A stretch of 64,000 nt of DNA from an uncultured Bacilli bacterium (GCA_944359625.1 CALVSW010000003.1:42174-106173), one strand, 5' to 3'; shown: positions 50,416-59,115, counted from the stretch's first letter. Made by a program: numbers and translations. Notes: a model not told the origin generated them from the letters alone.

Positions 50416-50739
50416 GTGATAAATATGAGTAAAAAGATAGTTATTGATGCTGGACATGGTGGCGATGATCCAGGTGCCAGTGGTAATGGAATAGTAGAAA
50501 AAGAATTAACATTAAAAATAGCCCAATATTTAAAAAAACGTTTTGATGAACTTGGGATACAATCATCATTAACTAGAGATTCAGATATAACTTTAGATCC
50601 AACAGATAGAGTAGAAAAAGTTTTAAGCTTTTATGGAAATGGTGATGATGTAATAGTATTATCTAATCACATAAATGCAGGAGGTGGCGAAGGTCAAAGT
50701 GTAACAAATAAATGTATAACAATTAAAGCCAAATTATAA
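50416..50739 (+). pseudogene. N-terminal fragment of an Amidase_3 N-acetylmuramoyl-L-alanine amidase (CwlC/endolysin-like)
   Basis: KIVIDAGHGGDDPGASGNGIVEKELTLKIAQYL...VLSNHINAGGGEG, after which homology ends (QSVTNKCITIKAKL-stop). Only about the first half of the catalytic domain is present. Confidence 0.7.
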
Positions 50740-50747
50740 ATTTATAA

Positions 50748-50780
50748 AATACTAGGTAAAATAATTTCTAGTATTTTTTT
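50748..50780 (+). terminator. Terminator hairpin after the truncated amidase ORF
   Basis: AATACTAG...CTAGTATT stem followed by T7. Confidence 0.6.
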
Positions 50781-50794
50781 GATTTTATAAGTTT

Positions 50795-50824
50795 GAAATG
50801 GAGTTTAGTGAAATGGAGTTTAGT
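50795..50824 (+). repeat. Tandem direct repeat 2 x 15 bp (GAAATGGAGTTTAGT)
   Basis: Two perfect copies at 50795-50809 and 50810-50824, abutting the -35 of the abiE promoter. Confidence 0.9.
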
Positions 50825-50852
50825 TGACATATAATTAAAAATAATATATAAT
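50824..50852 (+). promoter_or_regulatory. Perfect consensus sigma-A promoter TTGACA-17-TATAAT upstream of abiEi
   Basis: TTGACA at 50824-50829 and TATAAT at 50847-50852. It is followed by a 9-bp inverted repeat ATGTTATTA (50851-50859) / TAATAACAT (50892-50900). Confidence 0.65.
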
Positions 50853-50922
50853 GTTATTAACAAGTGTTATATTTTGCATATTTTAATGAAATAATAACAT
50901 AATATATTTAGGAGGGATATGC

Positions 50923-51576
50923 ATGAATTATAATGATATTTTAATTAAGTATATTGATGAATATCCATGTGATGAACCTATTTTTATTGAGGACATCAAA
51001 GATTATTTTAAAAATTATATTAAAAATAATTTTGATGATGTATTTAAAAATATTTATGTATATATTAATAGACTTGTAAAGGATAATAAACTTGTTCAAT
51101 TTATTAAAGGAGTTTATTATAAGCCTTTAAAAGGTACATTTGGAAATAAACTTTTAAATATTAATAAAGTTATTGATAAGAAGTATATACATGATGGAAC
51201 TAGACAAAAAGGATATTTAACAGGTGCTTATTTATTTAATAAAATAGGTTTAACTACGCAAGTACCAAAAGAAATTTTAATTGTTACTAATGAGTGTCCT
51301 AATGCAAATGATTATAATAATAAGAATTTAGGTGTTACTATTAGAAGACCTAAAATTGAAATTAATGATGATAATTATAAATATCTTCAACTTTTTGATG
51401 TGTTAATTAATAAGGATAATATAAAAATTGAAGTTGATAATGAAAAAGAAATTATTTATAAATTTATTAAAGATAATGAGTTAGAACTTGAAAAGATATT
51501 TGAATACGCTAATAAAATAAATAATTTAAAACCAATAAAAAGATTATATGAATTAGGAGGTGAAAATATTGAATAA
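50923..51576 (+). CDS. abiEi: AbiEi-like antitoxin (DUF6088-type wHTH protein)
   Basis: 217 aa, immediately upstream of the AbiEii gene and overlapping it. Size and N-terminal wHTH-like region fit; the call rests mostly on context. Confidence 0.6.
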   Translation: MNYNDILIKYIDEYPCDEPIFIEDIKDYFKNYIKNNFDDVFKNIYVYINRLVKDNKLVQFIKGVYYKPLKGTFGNKLLNINKVIDKKYIHDGTRQKGYLTGAYLFNKIGLTTQVPKEILIVTNECPNANDYNNKNLGVTIRRPKIEINDDNYKYLQLFDVLINKDNIKIEVDNEKEIIYKFIKDNELELEKIFEYANKINNLKPIKRLYELGGENIE

Positions 51577-52498
51577 AGAAATATTAGAAGAATTAATATT
51601 AAATATTAATAGTAGAACTGGTATTAGAAATGATATTTTGGAGAAAGATTATTATGTTTGTCTTGTTTTAAAAGAATTAGCTTATAAACAAAAAGAATTA
51701 CAAGCTTATTTTAAAGGTGGAACAGCTGTTTATAAGATATTAGATCATATGAATAGATTTTCTGAAGATATTGATTTAACTGTTAAAGTGAACGAAAATG
51801 AATCAAATAATAGTAACAAAACAAGATTAAAAAAGTCTGCACTTGGATATAGTATTGATGGTTTAATATTAGTAGATGATGAAACAATTGATAAAAAAGG
51901 AAGTATTACATCATTTTATAAATATGATTCATTGTTTAGTTTAAATGAACTTTTTAAATCAGAAAGAATACAGATAGAAGCGACTTCGTTTACTGTATCT
52001 GAACCAGTTTCTACTTATACTATTGAACCTCTTGTTTATAAGTATGCAACAGAAGAAGAAAGAAGTATTTTGAAAGAAAATTATAATATATCTGAATTTG
52101 AAATAGAAATTATTAAACTTGAAAGAATCTTTATTGATAAAATATTTGCTGCAGAATTTTATTATGAAAGAGAAATGTATGAAGATGTTTCTAAACATTT
52201 ATATGATATTTCTATTATGATAAAAAATGATGATATAAAAGAACTATTAAAAAATAAATCTGAATTAACTAAATTAATAGGTTATAAGAGAAAAGAAGAA
52301 AAATCTAGAATAGGTGGAATTCCTGAAGATAAAGATATAATTGATTTTGATTATATGAAGTTAGAGTTTAATGATGGCTTAGTTAGTGCTTTTAATAAAA
52401 TGCAAAGAATATATGTAATGGATAATGAAAGTGTAATAACTATTGATGATGTTAAGGAAACTATTAAAATATTATTTGATGTATTTAAAAATTTGTAG
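51560..52498 (+). CDS. abiEii: AbiEii/AbiGii-family nucleotidyltransferase toxin
   Basis: YFKGGTAVYKIL...RFSEDIDLTV is the AbiEii NTase core motif. 312 aa. Confidence 0.85.
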   Translation: MKILNKEILEELILNINSRTGIRNDILEKDYYVCLVLKELAYKQKELQAYFKGGTAVYKILDHMNRFSEDIDLTVKVNENESNNSNKTRLKKSALGYSIDGLILVDDETIDKKGSITSFYKYDSLFSLNELFKSERIQIEATSFTVSEPVSTYTIEPLVYKYATEEERSILKENYNISEFEIEIIKLERIFIDKIFAAEFYYEREMYEDVSKHLYDISIMIKNDDIKELLKNKSELTKLIGYKRKEEKSRIGGIPEDKDIIDFDYMKLEFNDGLVSAFNKMQRIYVMDNESVITIDDVKETIKILFDVFKNL

Positions 52499-52515
52499 TG
52501 AAGGTGGTATAGTAA

Positions 52516-52776
52516 ATGGAAAAAAATATTGAAGAATTAACATTATTGCTTATGTATTTAACTTCTTGGGAAGAAGATGGATATGTGGCTGATGAAAATG
52601 GTATGCCAAAAGAAACGAAGATTAAAACTTGTTGGAAAGGGTATTCGTTTGATATTATTAACAAGTTAATGGATGAAAAATATTTATACTTTAGTAAATA
52701 TAAAAATAAATCAGTATCTTTAACACCAGAAGGTGAAGAATTAGCTAAAAAATTAATCGATAAATATATAAAATAG
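52516..52776 (+). CDS. DUF6429-like small protein
   Basis: LTLLLMYLTSWEE...CWKGYSFDIINKLMDEKYLYFSKYKNKSVSLTPEGEELAKKL follows the DUF6429 pattern (LL.LT...WKG.d.d....L...G.i....k.KSv.LTeeG). Confidence 0.5.
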   Translation: MEKNIEELTLLLMYLTSWEEDGYVADENGMPKETKIKTCWKGYSFDIINKLMDEKYLYFSKYKNKSVSLTPEGEELAKKLIDKYIK

Positions 52777-53225
52777 TGGAGATGATAATTATGATGACTG
52801 CTCCAAAATTAGATTTTTTAATAGATGTGTTTGATATTAAAAACTACAATCCACAAAGTTATGATGTTTTACTCAAAGAAAAATTAGGTATATTATATGA
52901 TTTACTTGATAGAATAAAACCATTATCAGATGAAGAAATAAAGGAATTAAATATACCGGATTATAAAGATTTAAATATTTATATGCTTCCTTATTATGAC
53001 GATTTAAATCATAAAGATATAATGACTTTATATGTAAAAAGGAATATTTATGATAAAGAAATTAGACAAGCATTGTTTTATGCACTTAGAAATTATGATT
53101 ATATGGATAAATTTTACGATAATTTAAGAAGATATGGACTGTTTAAAGATTATTTGGAATATTCAAATTATTATGAACAAATAATAAAAGATTGGAAAAT
53201 AAAAAATAATATAGATAAAAATTAG
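52776..53225 (+). CDS. Hypothetical protein
   Basis: About 145 aa, abutting the upstream gene. No motif; the start is uncertain (52776-52794). Confidence 0.4.
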   Translation: MEMIIMMTAPKLDFLIDVFDIKNYNPQSYDVLLKEKLGILYDLLDRIKPLSDEEIKELNIPDYKDLNIYMLPYYDDLNHKDIMTLYVKRNIYDKEIRQALFYALRNYDYMDKFYDNLRRYGLFKDYLEYSNYYEQIIKDWKIKNNIDKN

Positions 53226-53237
53226 GATTGGTGTTTT

Positions 53238-54263
53238 ATGAAAGTATTATTTAATGTAACTTTATGTGAATTGGAAGATAAAATAAATAGACAAATATTG
53301 GTTGATGAAGATATCTTGTTAACAGATTTATGTGAGTATGTAATAGTTTCTATGGATGGTAAAAAAATTCCTATTTATGAACTTGAATATGGTAAAATTA
53401 TATATTGGCCGTATGATATAGAAGAGAGTAGATATGATAAAACTTTATTAGAATTAACTTTAAAAAGTTTAAACTTAAAGAAAGGTAAATCTTTTTGTAT
53501 TAGATATAATTTTGATAATTTTTATTATTTTGATTTAAGTGTAGATAATTTTATAGAAGAAGATAATGGTAATAAAAATGTGGATTTTAAAGTTTTATCG
53601 GGAAAAGGATATGGAATAATAGATGATAAAATGTGTTATTATTTAGTAGCATTATTTGCTGAAAAAAGAAAAGACTATGACTCTTATTATTTAAAGAGTG
53701 AAAAAGAATATTTACAAAAAAGATTTGATGTTAATGAAGTAAATGATAGAATTGATGATTATAAAAAGAGTAAAGAAGATATGCTATTACCTAAAAAATA
53801 TATATTTAATGTTTCGTTAGAGGGATTTAATAAAGAAATTAAAAGAAAAATTTCAGTAAATAGTAATATAACAATAAACAGGTTTTGCGAAAAAGTAGTT
53901 TTATCTATGAATGGTGATTTATCGCATCCATTTGATGTAAAAATAGGAAAAGAATATTTAGGAGAATATTATAGTGACCTTGAATTATTTTATTTGAATT
54001 TAAAAGAAAAAAATAAATTGAAAGTTATTTATGACTGGGGAGATAATTGGCAATTTAATTTGACTCTTAGTAAAATAACCCACGGTACTAGTGAGAATGA
54101 ATTTGAAGTTTTATCAGGAAAAGGATATGGAATAATAGATGATTGTGGCGGAGTTTGGACTTTAGGAGATATTTTTAGTGGTGAAAATACTGATTGGGGA
54201 GATTATGATATAAATGAATTTAATTTAGAAAAGTGTAATGAAGATGTTCAAAAAATAGGATAG
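53238..54263 (+). CDS. pRiA4b ORF-3-like family protein with duplicated domain
   Basis: The C-terminal copy VIYDWGDNWQFNLTLSKI...LSGKGYGIIDDCGGVW is canonical. The N-terminal copy IRYNFDNFYYFDLSV...LSGKGYGIIDDKMCYY is degenerate. Confidence 0.7.
   Translation: MKVLFNVTLCELEDKINRQILVDEDILLTDLCEYVIVSMDGKKIPIYELEYGKIIYWPYDIEESRYDKTLLELTLKSLNLKKGKSFCIRYNFDNFYYFDLSVDNFIEEDNGNKNVDFKVLSGKGYGIIDDKMCYYLVALFAEKRKDYDSYYLKSEKEYLQKRFDVNEVNDRIDDYKKSKEDMLLPKKYIFNVSLEGFNKEIKRKISVNSNITINRFCEKVVLSMNGDLSHPFDVKIGKEYLGEYYSDLELFYLNLKEKNKLKVIYDWGDNWQFNLTLSKITHGTSENEFEVLSGKGYGIIDDCGGVWTLGDIFSGENTDWGDYDINEFNLEKCNEDVQKIG
53590..53627 (+). repeat. Intragenic 38-nt direct repeat, copy 1
   Basis: AAGTTTTATCGGGAAAAGGATATGGAATAATAGATGAT matches 54106-54143 at 37 of 38 positions. 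Confidence 0.9.
54106..54143 (+). repeat. Intragenic 38-nt direct repeat, copy 2
   Basis: AAGTTTTATCAGGAAAAGGATATGGAATAATAGATGAT, 516 nt downstream of copy 1. Confidence 0.9.
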
Positions 54264-54272
54264 GTGTAGTGT

Positions 54273-54421
54273 ATGAAAATAGATTTCGAAGATGAATTTT
54301 TTGATTATATTTTAAGTAGAGGGTATGATTATTATACTTCAGGTAAGGTTGGTAAAGTTAAAATAATAAGGGTTATGTAACAGCGATAGTACATGGAAAT
54401 GAAGATTACGTGAATTTTTAG
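54273..54421 (+). pseudogene. Remnant of a SWIM-zinc-finger-protein N-terminus (frameshifted and truncated)
   Basis: MKIDFEDEFFDYILSRGYDYYTSGKVGKVKII is followed, after a frame change, by KGYVTAIVHGNEDYVNF-stop. This is the N-terminal pattern of SWIM-domain proteins, with no SWIM CxC..CxH region downstream. Confidence 0.4.
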
Positions 54422-54473
54422 ACTAAATGCAGGTTTATGAAGTAACATTTAATTTACGAGACTTATTGCTGCT

Positions 54474-55297
54474 TTGGAATATAAAAGCGGAAATAAGTCG
54501 GTATATGCCAATAATATGTTCTTTATAAAATTAAGAAATAAAATAGAACATAGTTATTTAAATTGTACTGATTTAGAAATCAAAATATTTGGAGAATGTC
54601 AATCTTTGTTATATAACTATGAAAATTTTATAATTGAAAATTTTGGAAAAGAATATGCAATAAATGTTTCATTACCTTTTTCATTACAATTTTCTGAATT
54701 ACGTAATGAAAAGTCTTATAGATCTAGCAAAATGTTATTATCTAAAGAAATGTCAAAAATAAATGATTTCATAGATAAATTTAGAGATAATTTGTCAAAT
54801 GATATATATGCTACGCAAGAATATAGTATAAAATTAGTACAAATACCAATAGTTTCTAATACAAATAAAAGTGATTTAGCAATTCAATTTTTAAATTGGG
54901 ATAAATTATCTGATGAAGAAAAAAAGAAGTTGAACGATTAACTGCATTAATAAAAACAAAAACAGTAATAAAAAGTATATCAAACGCTGACAAGATGTTG
55001 CCTGGAACTATAAATATTAAAGTTAAAGAAAAATATCCAAAATTTAACATAAATCTTCATTCGTATTTAACGTATATTTTTTCTATAAGGCCGTCAAAAA
55101 AATTGGAATCAAATAAAGATCCATTTGATACAAATACAAAGTATTGTTATTATGATCAGACACATAAAGATTACCAATATACAAATGAATGGCTAGAATT
55201 TATATTAAAACTTTTTGAAGAAGAAAAATTGTCTATTGAGAAGATTAAAAAATTATATAAAAATAAAGAAAAGTTAGAAATTCAAGAATATGAATAA
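54474..55297 (+). pseudogene. Unassigned gene split by a frameshift near an A7 run, also lacking a credible N-terminus
   Basis: The ORF ending at 54941 (..DKLSDEEKKKLND) and the ORF in the next frame (open from about 54930: ERLTALIKTKTVIKSISNADKMLPGT...) join if 1 nt is changed in the A7 run (GAAAAAAAG) inside GAAGAAAAAAAGAAG at about 54915-54930. Confidence 0.4.
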
Positions 55298-55454
55298 TTA
55301 ATATTGGGAGTACGTTTAGGTACTCCTTTTTCATATTTCGTACAATTAAACTTTATTTTTATTTGTTGTAAGATATAGATACCTAGGGAAAATAATATGT
55401 AAAAGTGCACTTTTATAAAGATATATTTTATTTATAATTCTATATAAGGATACT

Positions 55455-55937
55455 ATGGAAGAATATATAAAACCAATTATACCATTATCAGTTTTTAGTA
55501 ATAATAGAATATCATCTTTAGAAAAGTTATTATTAATACACATAATTTCTTTGTGTAATAATAAAGGATATTGATGGGCGACTAATAGCTATTTTATGAA
55601 AGTTCATGGCTATAGCAAACAAACAATTTCTAAATGTATTAACAATCTCGCCTCTTTAGGTTATATAAAGTTGAAATATGAAAAAGAAAGTACTAATAAT
55701 TCAAAACGTACAATTACGCTTGACCGAGTATTAAAAAAAGAAATACAAGATATTAAAGATAATTTGAATACTAGTATTCAACCTAAATTTAATCATTATA
55801 ATAAAAATAAGATAAATGAAATATATTATAAAGATAAATTAGGTAACGAATACTGGAATGGAAAGTTAATTGAAAAAGAAGAAGCAACTAAACAAGAAAT
55901 AGAAGAATTAGAAAATTTATTAAAAGAATATAAGTAA
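55455..55937 (+). pseudogene. wHTH (replication/regulator-like) gene interrupted by an in-frame TGA
   Basis: From the ATG at 55455: MEEYIKPIIPLSVFSNNRISSLEKLLLIHIISLCNNKGY-TGA(55572-55574)-WATNSYFMKVHGYSKQTISKCINNLASLGYIKL. The frame is continuous with the 55596 ORF. Confidence 0.55.
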
Positions 55938-56173
55938 AAGAGATTAGGAGGTTTTAAAATAATATGCAAGAATTTATCATAAGATTTTTTAAGAGGTGAG
56001 ATATGTTTAATATTAAAGAAACCTTTAAAAAAGATGATAATTCTACTATTAATGATTTGATAATTGGATATATAATGTGCGTTTTAGTAAAATCGTAGAT
56101 TTGTTATACGTCTATATTAATGATAGACTGAATCTAGGCTTTAAATGTTATACAAAAGAAAGGAGAAAAAGCC

Positions 56174-57757
56174 GTGTATAACACTGTGTTACAGCACCCT
56201 AGTTATTATAGAGTAGGATTATATATAAGATTATCTGAATCAGATTCTGATAAAAGTTATGAATCAGAAAGCGAAAGTATTATTAATCAAAGAAATTTAT
56301 TAATGAGCTTTGTAAAACAAAATGAATTTACTTTTGTTGATGAATATATTGATGATGGATTTACCGGTACTAATTTTGATAGACCTGGATTTAAAAGATT
56401 AATTGATGACATAGAAAAAGGTAGAATTAATTGTGTTATAACTAAAGATTTATCTAGATTAGGTAGAAATTATGTAACATGTGGATATTATGTAGATGAA
56501 TACTTTCTTTTAAAGAAAGTTAGATATATTGCTGTATTAGATCAGGTTGATACTTTTTTAAATAATGCTGGTAATGAAATGATACCATTTAAATCAGTAT
56601 TTAATGACATGACTAGTAGGGATAATTCTAAAAAAATTCGTTCTATTTTAAGAAATAAAAAAGAAATTGGAAAATTTATTGGAAGTGAACCTAGTTTTGG
56701 ATATATGAGAGATCCAGAAGATAAAGGACATTTATTACCTAATCCAGAAACTGCATTTATTGTGAAAAAAATATTTGAAATGGCAAATGATGGAATAAGT
56801 GTAAGTGATATAGCAAGTTATCTTAATGATTGTAAATATCCTACACCGAGTCTATATAAGAAAAAAGAAGGTTCTAAACAAAAGATTAATACAATATGGA
56901 CTATTTCATCAGTAAAAAAAATATTAAAAAATCAGATGTATACTGGAGATATGGTACAAAATGTTCAAACTAAATTATCATACAAATCACCTAAAAAAGT
57001 AACACTTAATAAAGAAGCATGGATAATTGTACCTAATACTCATGAACCTTTAGTTAGTAGAGAAGTGTTTTTTAAAGTACAAAATAATGTTAAAAGGAAA
57101 CCAAAGACACAATCTAATAGAGAAAAAAGACTATTTGAAAATCTTATTTACTGCAAAGAATGTGGAAACACTTTAACAGTTACTTACCGAAAAAAACAAG
57201 ATTATTGGACTGTTAATTGTAATAGGTATTCGAGAGATCCAAGAAGACATTTATGTTATCCACATTTTATGCCATATGATAAGTTAGAAGAATCATTACT
57301 AGATACAATAAAAAAGACTTGTAAAAAATATTTAGATAAATTAGATGTTAAATCATTAGCAAAATTAGTTAATGATAAAAATAATAAAAAAGAAAGTAAT
57401 ATGGAAGAAATCAATTATTTAAATAAAAGGATTAAAGAATGTAATTCTAAAATTGATATGTTATACGATGATAAATTTAAAGGTAATATTTCAGAAGATA
57501 CTTATAAAAGATTATCTAGAGAAACAGAAATATTATTAAATCAATCTAAAGCAAGATTGGAAGAATTACAGAGTATAGATAAAAAGAAAATTGATTCTGC
57601 TAAAGAAATTAAAAAGTATGAAGAAAAAATTAAAGAATTAATTAATCTTAATAAACCAAGTAGAGAATTATTACAATCTATCATTGATAAAATAATTATA
57701 GATAAAGATAGAAATATTGAAATCTTTTATAAATTCAGTTTGTTGAATAATATTTGA
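56174..57757 (+). CDS. Large serine recombinase
   Basis: GTG start after AAAGGAGA. VGLYIRLSESDSD contains the catalytic Ser. ITKDLSRLGRNY; CKECG...zinc ribbon; C-terminal coiled coil; 527 aa. Confidence 0.92.
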   Translation: MYNTVLQHPSYYRVGLYIRLSESDSDKSYESESESIINQRNLLMSFVKQNEFTFVDEYIDDGFTGTNFDRPGFKRLIDDIEKGRINCVITKDLSRLGRNYVTCGYYVDEYFLLKKVRYIAVLDQVDTFLNNAGNEMIPFKSVFNDMTSRDNSKKIRSILRNKKEIGKFIGSEPSFGYMRDPEDKGHLLPNPETAFIVKKIFEMANDGISVSDIASYLNDCKYPTPSLYKKKEGSKQKINTIWTISSVKKILKNQMYTGDMVQNVQTKLSYKSPKKVTLNKEAWIIVPNTHEPLVSREVFFKVQNNVKRKPKTQSNREKRLFENLIYCKECGNTLTVTYRKKQDYWTVNCNRYSRDPRRHLCYPHFMPYDKLEESLLDTIKKTCKKYLDKLDVKSLAKLVNDKNNKKESNMEEINYLNKRIKECNSKIDMLYDDKFKGNISEDTYKRLSRETEILLNQSKARLEELQSIDKKKIDSAKEIKKYEEKIKELINLNKPSRELLQSIIDKIIIDKDRNIEIFYKFSLLNNI

Positions 57758-58036
57758 TTTATAGAAGTTAGTTCTATACTAACTTCATACATTTAAGGGC
57801 GAGATAATGAAGTTTAGTTGCTAATTAACTTTGTGGTAGGTTGGCACAAAGTTAGTGATATAAAAATTAAATTAGTTATTTAGTGGTGCGAAATAAAATA
57901 TCATACTGTTATATAAACTTATTACAAATATAAATATTTATACAAGTTTCGGGATAACTTATCTCAATATTTAAATAAAAAAACAAATTATCTGCAAACA
58001 AATATATATATGATAAAATATTAATGGTGGTTAACT

Positions 58037-58222
58037 ATGGAAGAAATAATTATAAATAAAGCTAAATGTAAAAAATGTGGAGATATAATTGAATCTAAAG
58101 ACGTAAATGATTTTAAAAGGTGTGCTTGTGGTAGTATAGCGGTAGATGACGGACAGGATTATATTAAAAGAGTTGGTAATAAGGATGATATAATAGGTCT
58201 TGAAAAATTTGAAAAATGGTAA
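58037..58222 (+). CDS. Small zinc-ribbon protein
   Basis: 61 aa with CKKCG...CACG (two CxxC-type pairs) and RBS GGTGG. Confidence 0.5.
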   Translation: MEEIIINKAKCKKCGDIIESKDVNDFKRCACGSIAVDDGQDYIKRVGNKDDIIGLEKFEKW

Positions 58223-58238
58223 AAAAGGAGGGTAAAAG

Positions 58239-59066
58239 ATGAGTAATATAGAAGAATATACAGAAAAAACTTTTGAGAGTATAAAACATCTTGATGAATT
58301 TGGTAATGAATATTGGGAAGCCAGAGAATTAATGCCATTACTTGAATATAGTAAATGGGAAAACTTTCATAAAGTAATTAAAAGAGCAAAAGTTGCTTGT
58401 GAAACTAGTAATAATAATGTTAATGATCACTTTCCTGAGTTCAGGAAACCGATAGTTGGTGGTAAGGGAAATGCTCAAAACGTTATTGATTATCATTTAT
58501 CAAGATACGCTTGTTATTTAATAGTTCAAAATGCAAATCCAAGGAAGAAATCAGTAGCACTTGGGCAAACATATTTTGCAATACAAACTAGAAAACAGGA
58601 AATTACCGAATTAGAATATTCAAAGTTATCAGAAGATGAAAAAAGATTATATACTAGAATTCTTGTTAATAATAAAAATAAATATTTATTTAAAACAGCA
58701 AGAGATGCAGGTGTAGAAAATTTTGGCAAATTTAATAATTATGGTTATAAAGGACTTTATAATGGAGAAACGGCAAAACAAATTGCAAAACGAAAGAATA
58801 TAAAAGAAAATGAAGATATTCCTGATTATATGGGTAGTGAAAAATTAGGTGCTAATCTATTCCGTATTACACAAACTGAAGCAAAACTTAAAAAGGATAA
58901 TATAGATAATGAAGATGATGCTTGTCTTAGACACTATAATGTAGGTAAAACGGTTAGAAAAGCAATTGAAGAATTAGGTGGTAATATGCCTGAAACTTTA
59001 CCAACACCAAAAAAATCTATTAAAGAACTAGAAAATGAAGAATTACAAAAAATTGGAAATAATTAA
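58239..59066 (+). CDS. dinD: DNA-damage-inducible protein D
   Basis: 275 aa. SRYACYLIVQNANPRKKSVALGQTYFAIQTRKQE, GYKGLYNGETAKQIAKRK, LGANLFRITQTEAKLKKD and VRKAIEELGGNMPETLPTP align along the full length with E. coli DinD as I recall it. Confidence 0.88.
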   Translation: MSNIEEYTEKTFESIKHLDEFGNEYWEARELMPLLEYSKWENFHKVIKRAKVACETSNNNVNDHFPEFRKPIVGGKGNAQNVIDYHLSRYACYLIVQNANPRKKSVALGQTYFAIQTRKQEITELEYSKLSEDEKRLYTRILVNNKNKYLFKTARDAGVENFGKFNNYGYKGLYNGETAKQIAKRKNIKENEDIPDYMGSEKLGANLFRITQTEAKLKKDNIDNEDDACLRHYNVGKTVRKAIEELGGNMPETLPTPKKSIKELENEELQKIGNN

Positions 59067-59115
59067 TAAATATAAATAGTATTTATATAAAAAATAATGA
59101 AATAGAGAATATGTC

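Larger units (their letters stand above)
50740..57854. mobile_element. Putative integrated element with terminal large serine recombinase, AbiE cargo and several decayed genes; boundaries approximate
   Basis: It begins where the amidase homology breaks. The 15-nt motif AATGGAGTTTAGTTG (50812-50826) recurs as AATGAAGTTTAGTTG (57806-57820). A 10-bp-arm palindrome at 57826-57854 follows the recombinase gene. Confidence 0.45.

Noticed and set aside
55572-55574. TGA read as Trp (genetic code 4), given the Mollicutes-like AT content and presence of rpoE
   Set aside because: Several well-supported genes terminate at TGA, no other conserved gene shows in-frame TGA, and the organism has a full sporulation gene set. 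A nonsense mutation is the simpler explanation.
57758-57796. Short frame after the recombinase stop (FIEVSSILTSYI-stop) as the missing continuation of the amidase (GGGEG + IEV...)
   Set aside because: Only IEV fits the expected [FAIV]-E-[VST] continuation. The frame stops after 12 codons, and the about 100 aa of remaining amidase domain are absent.
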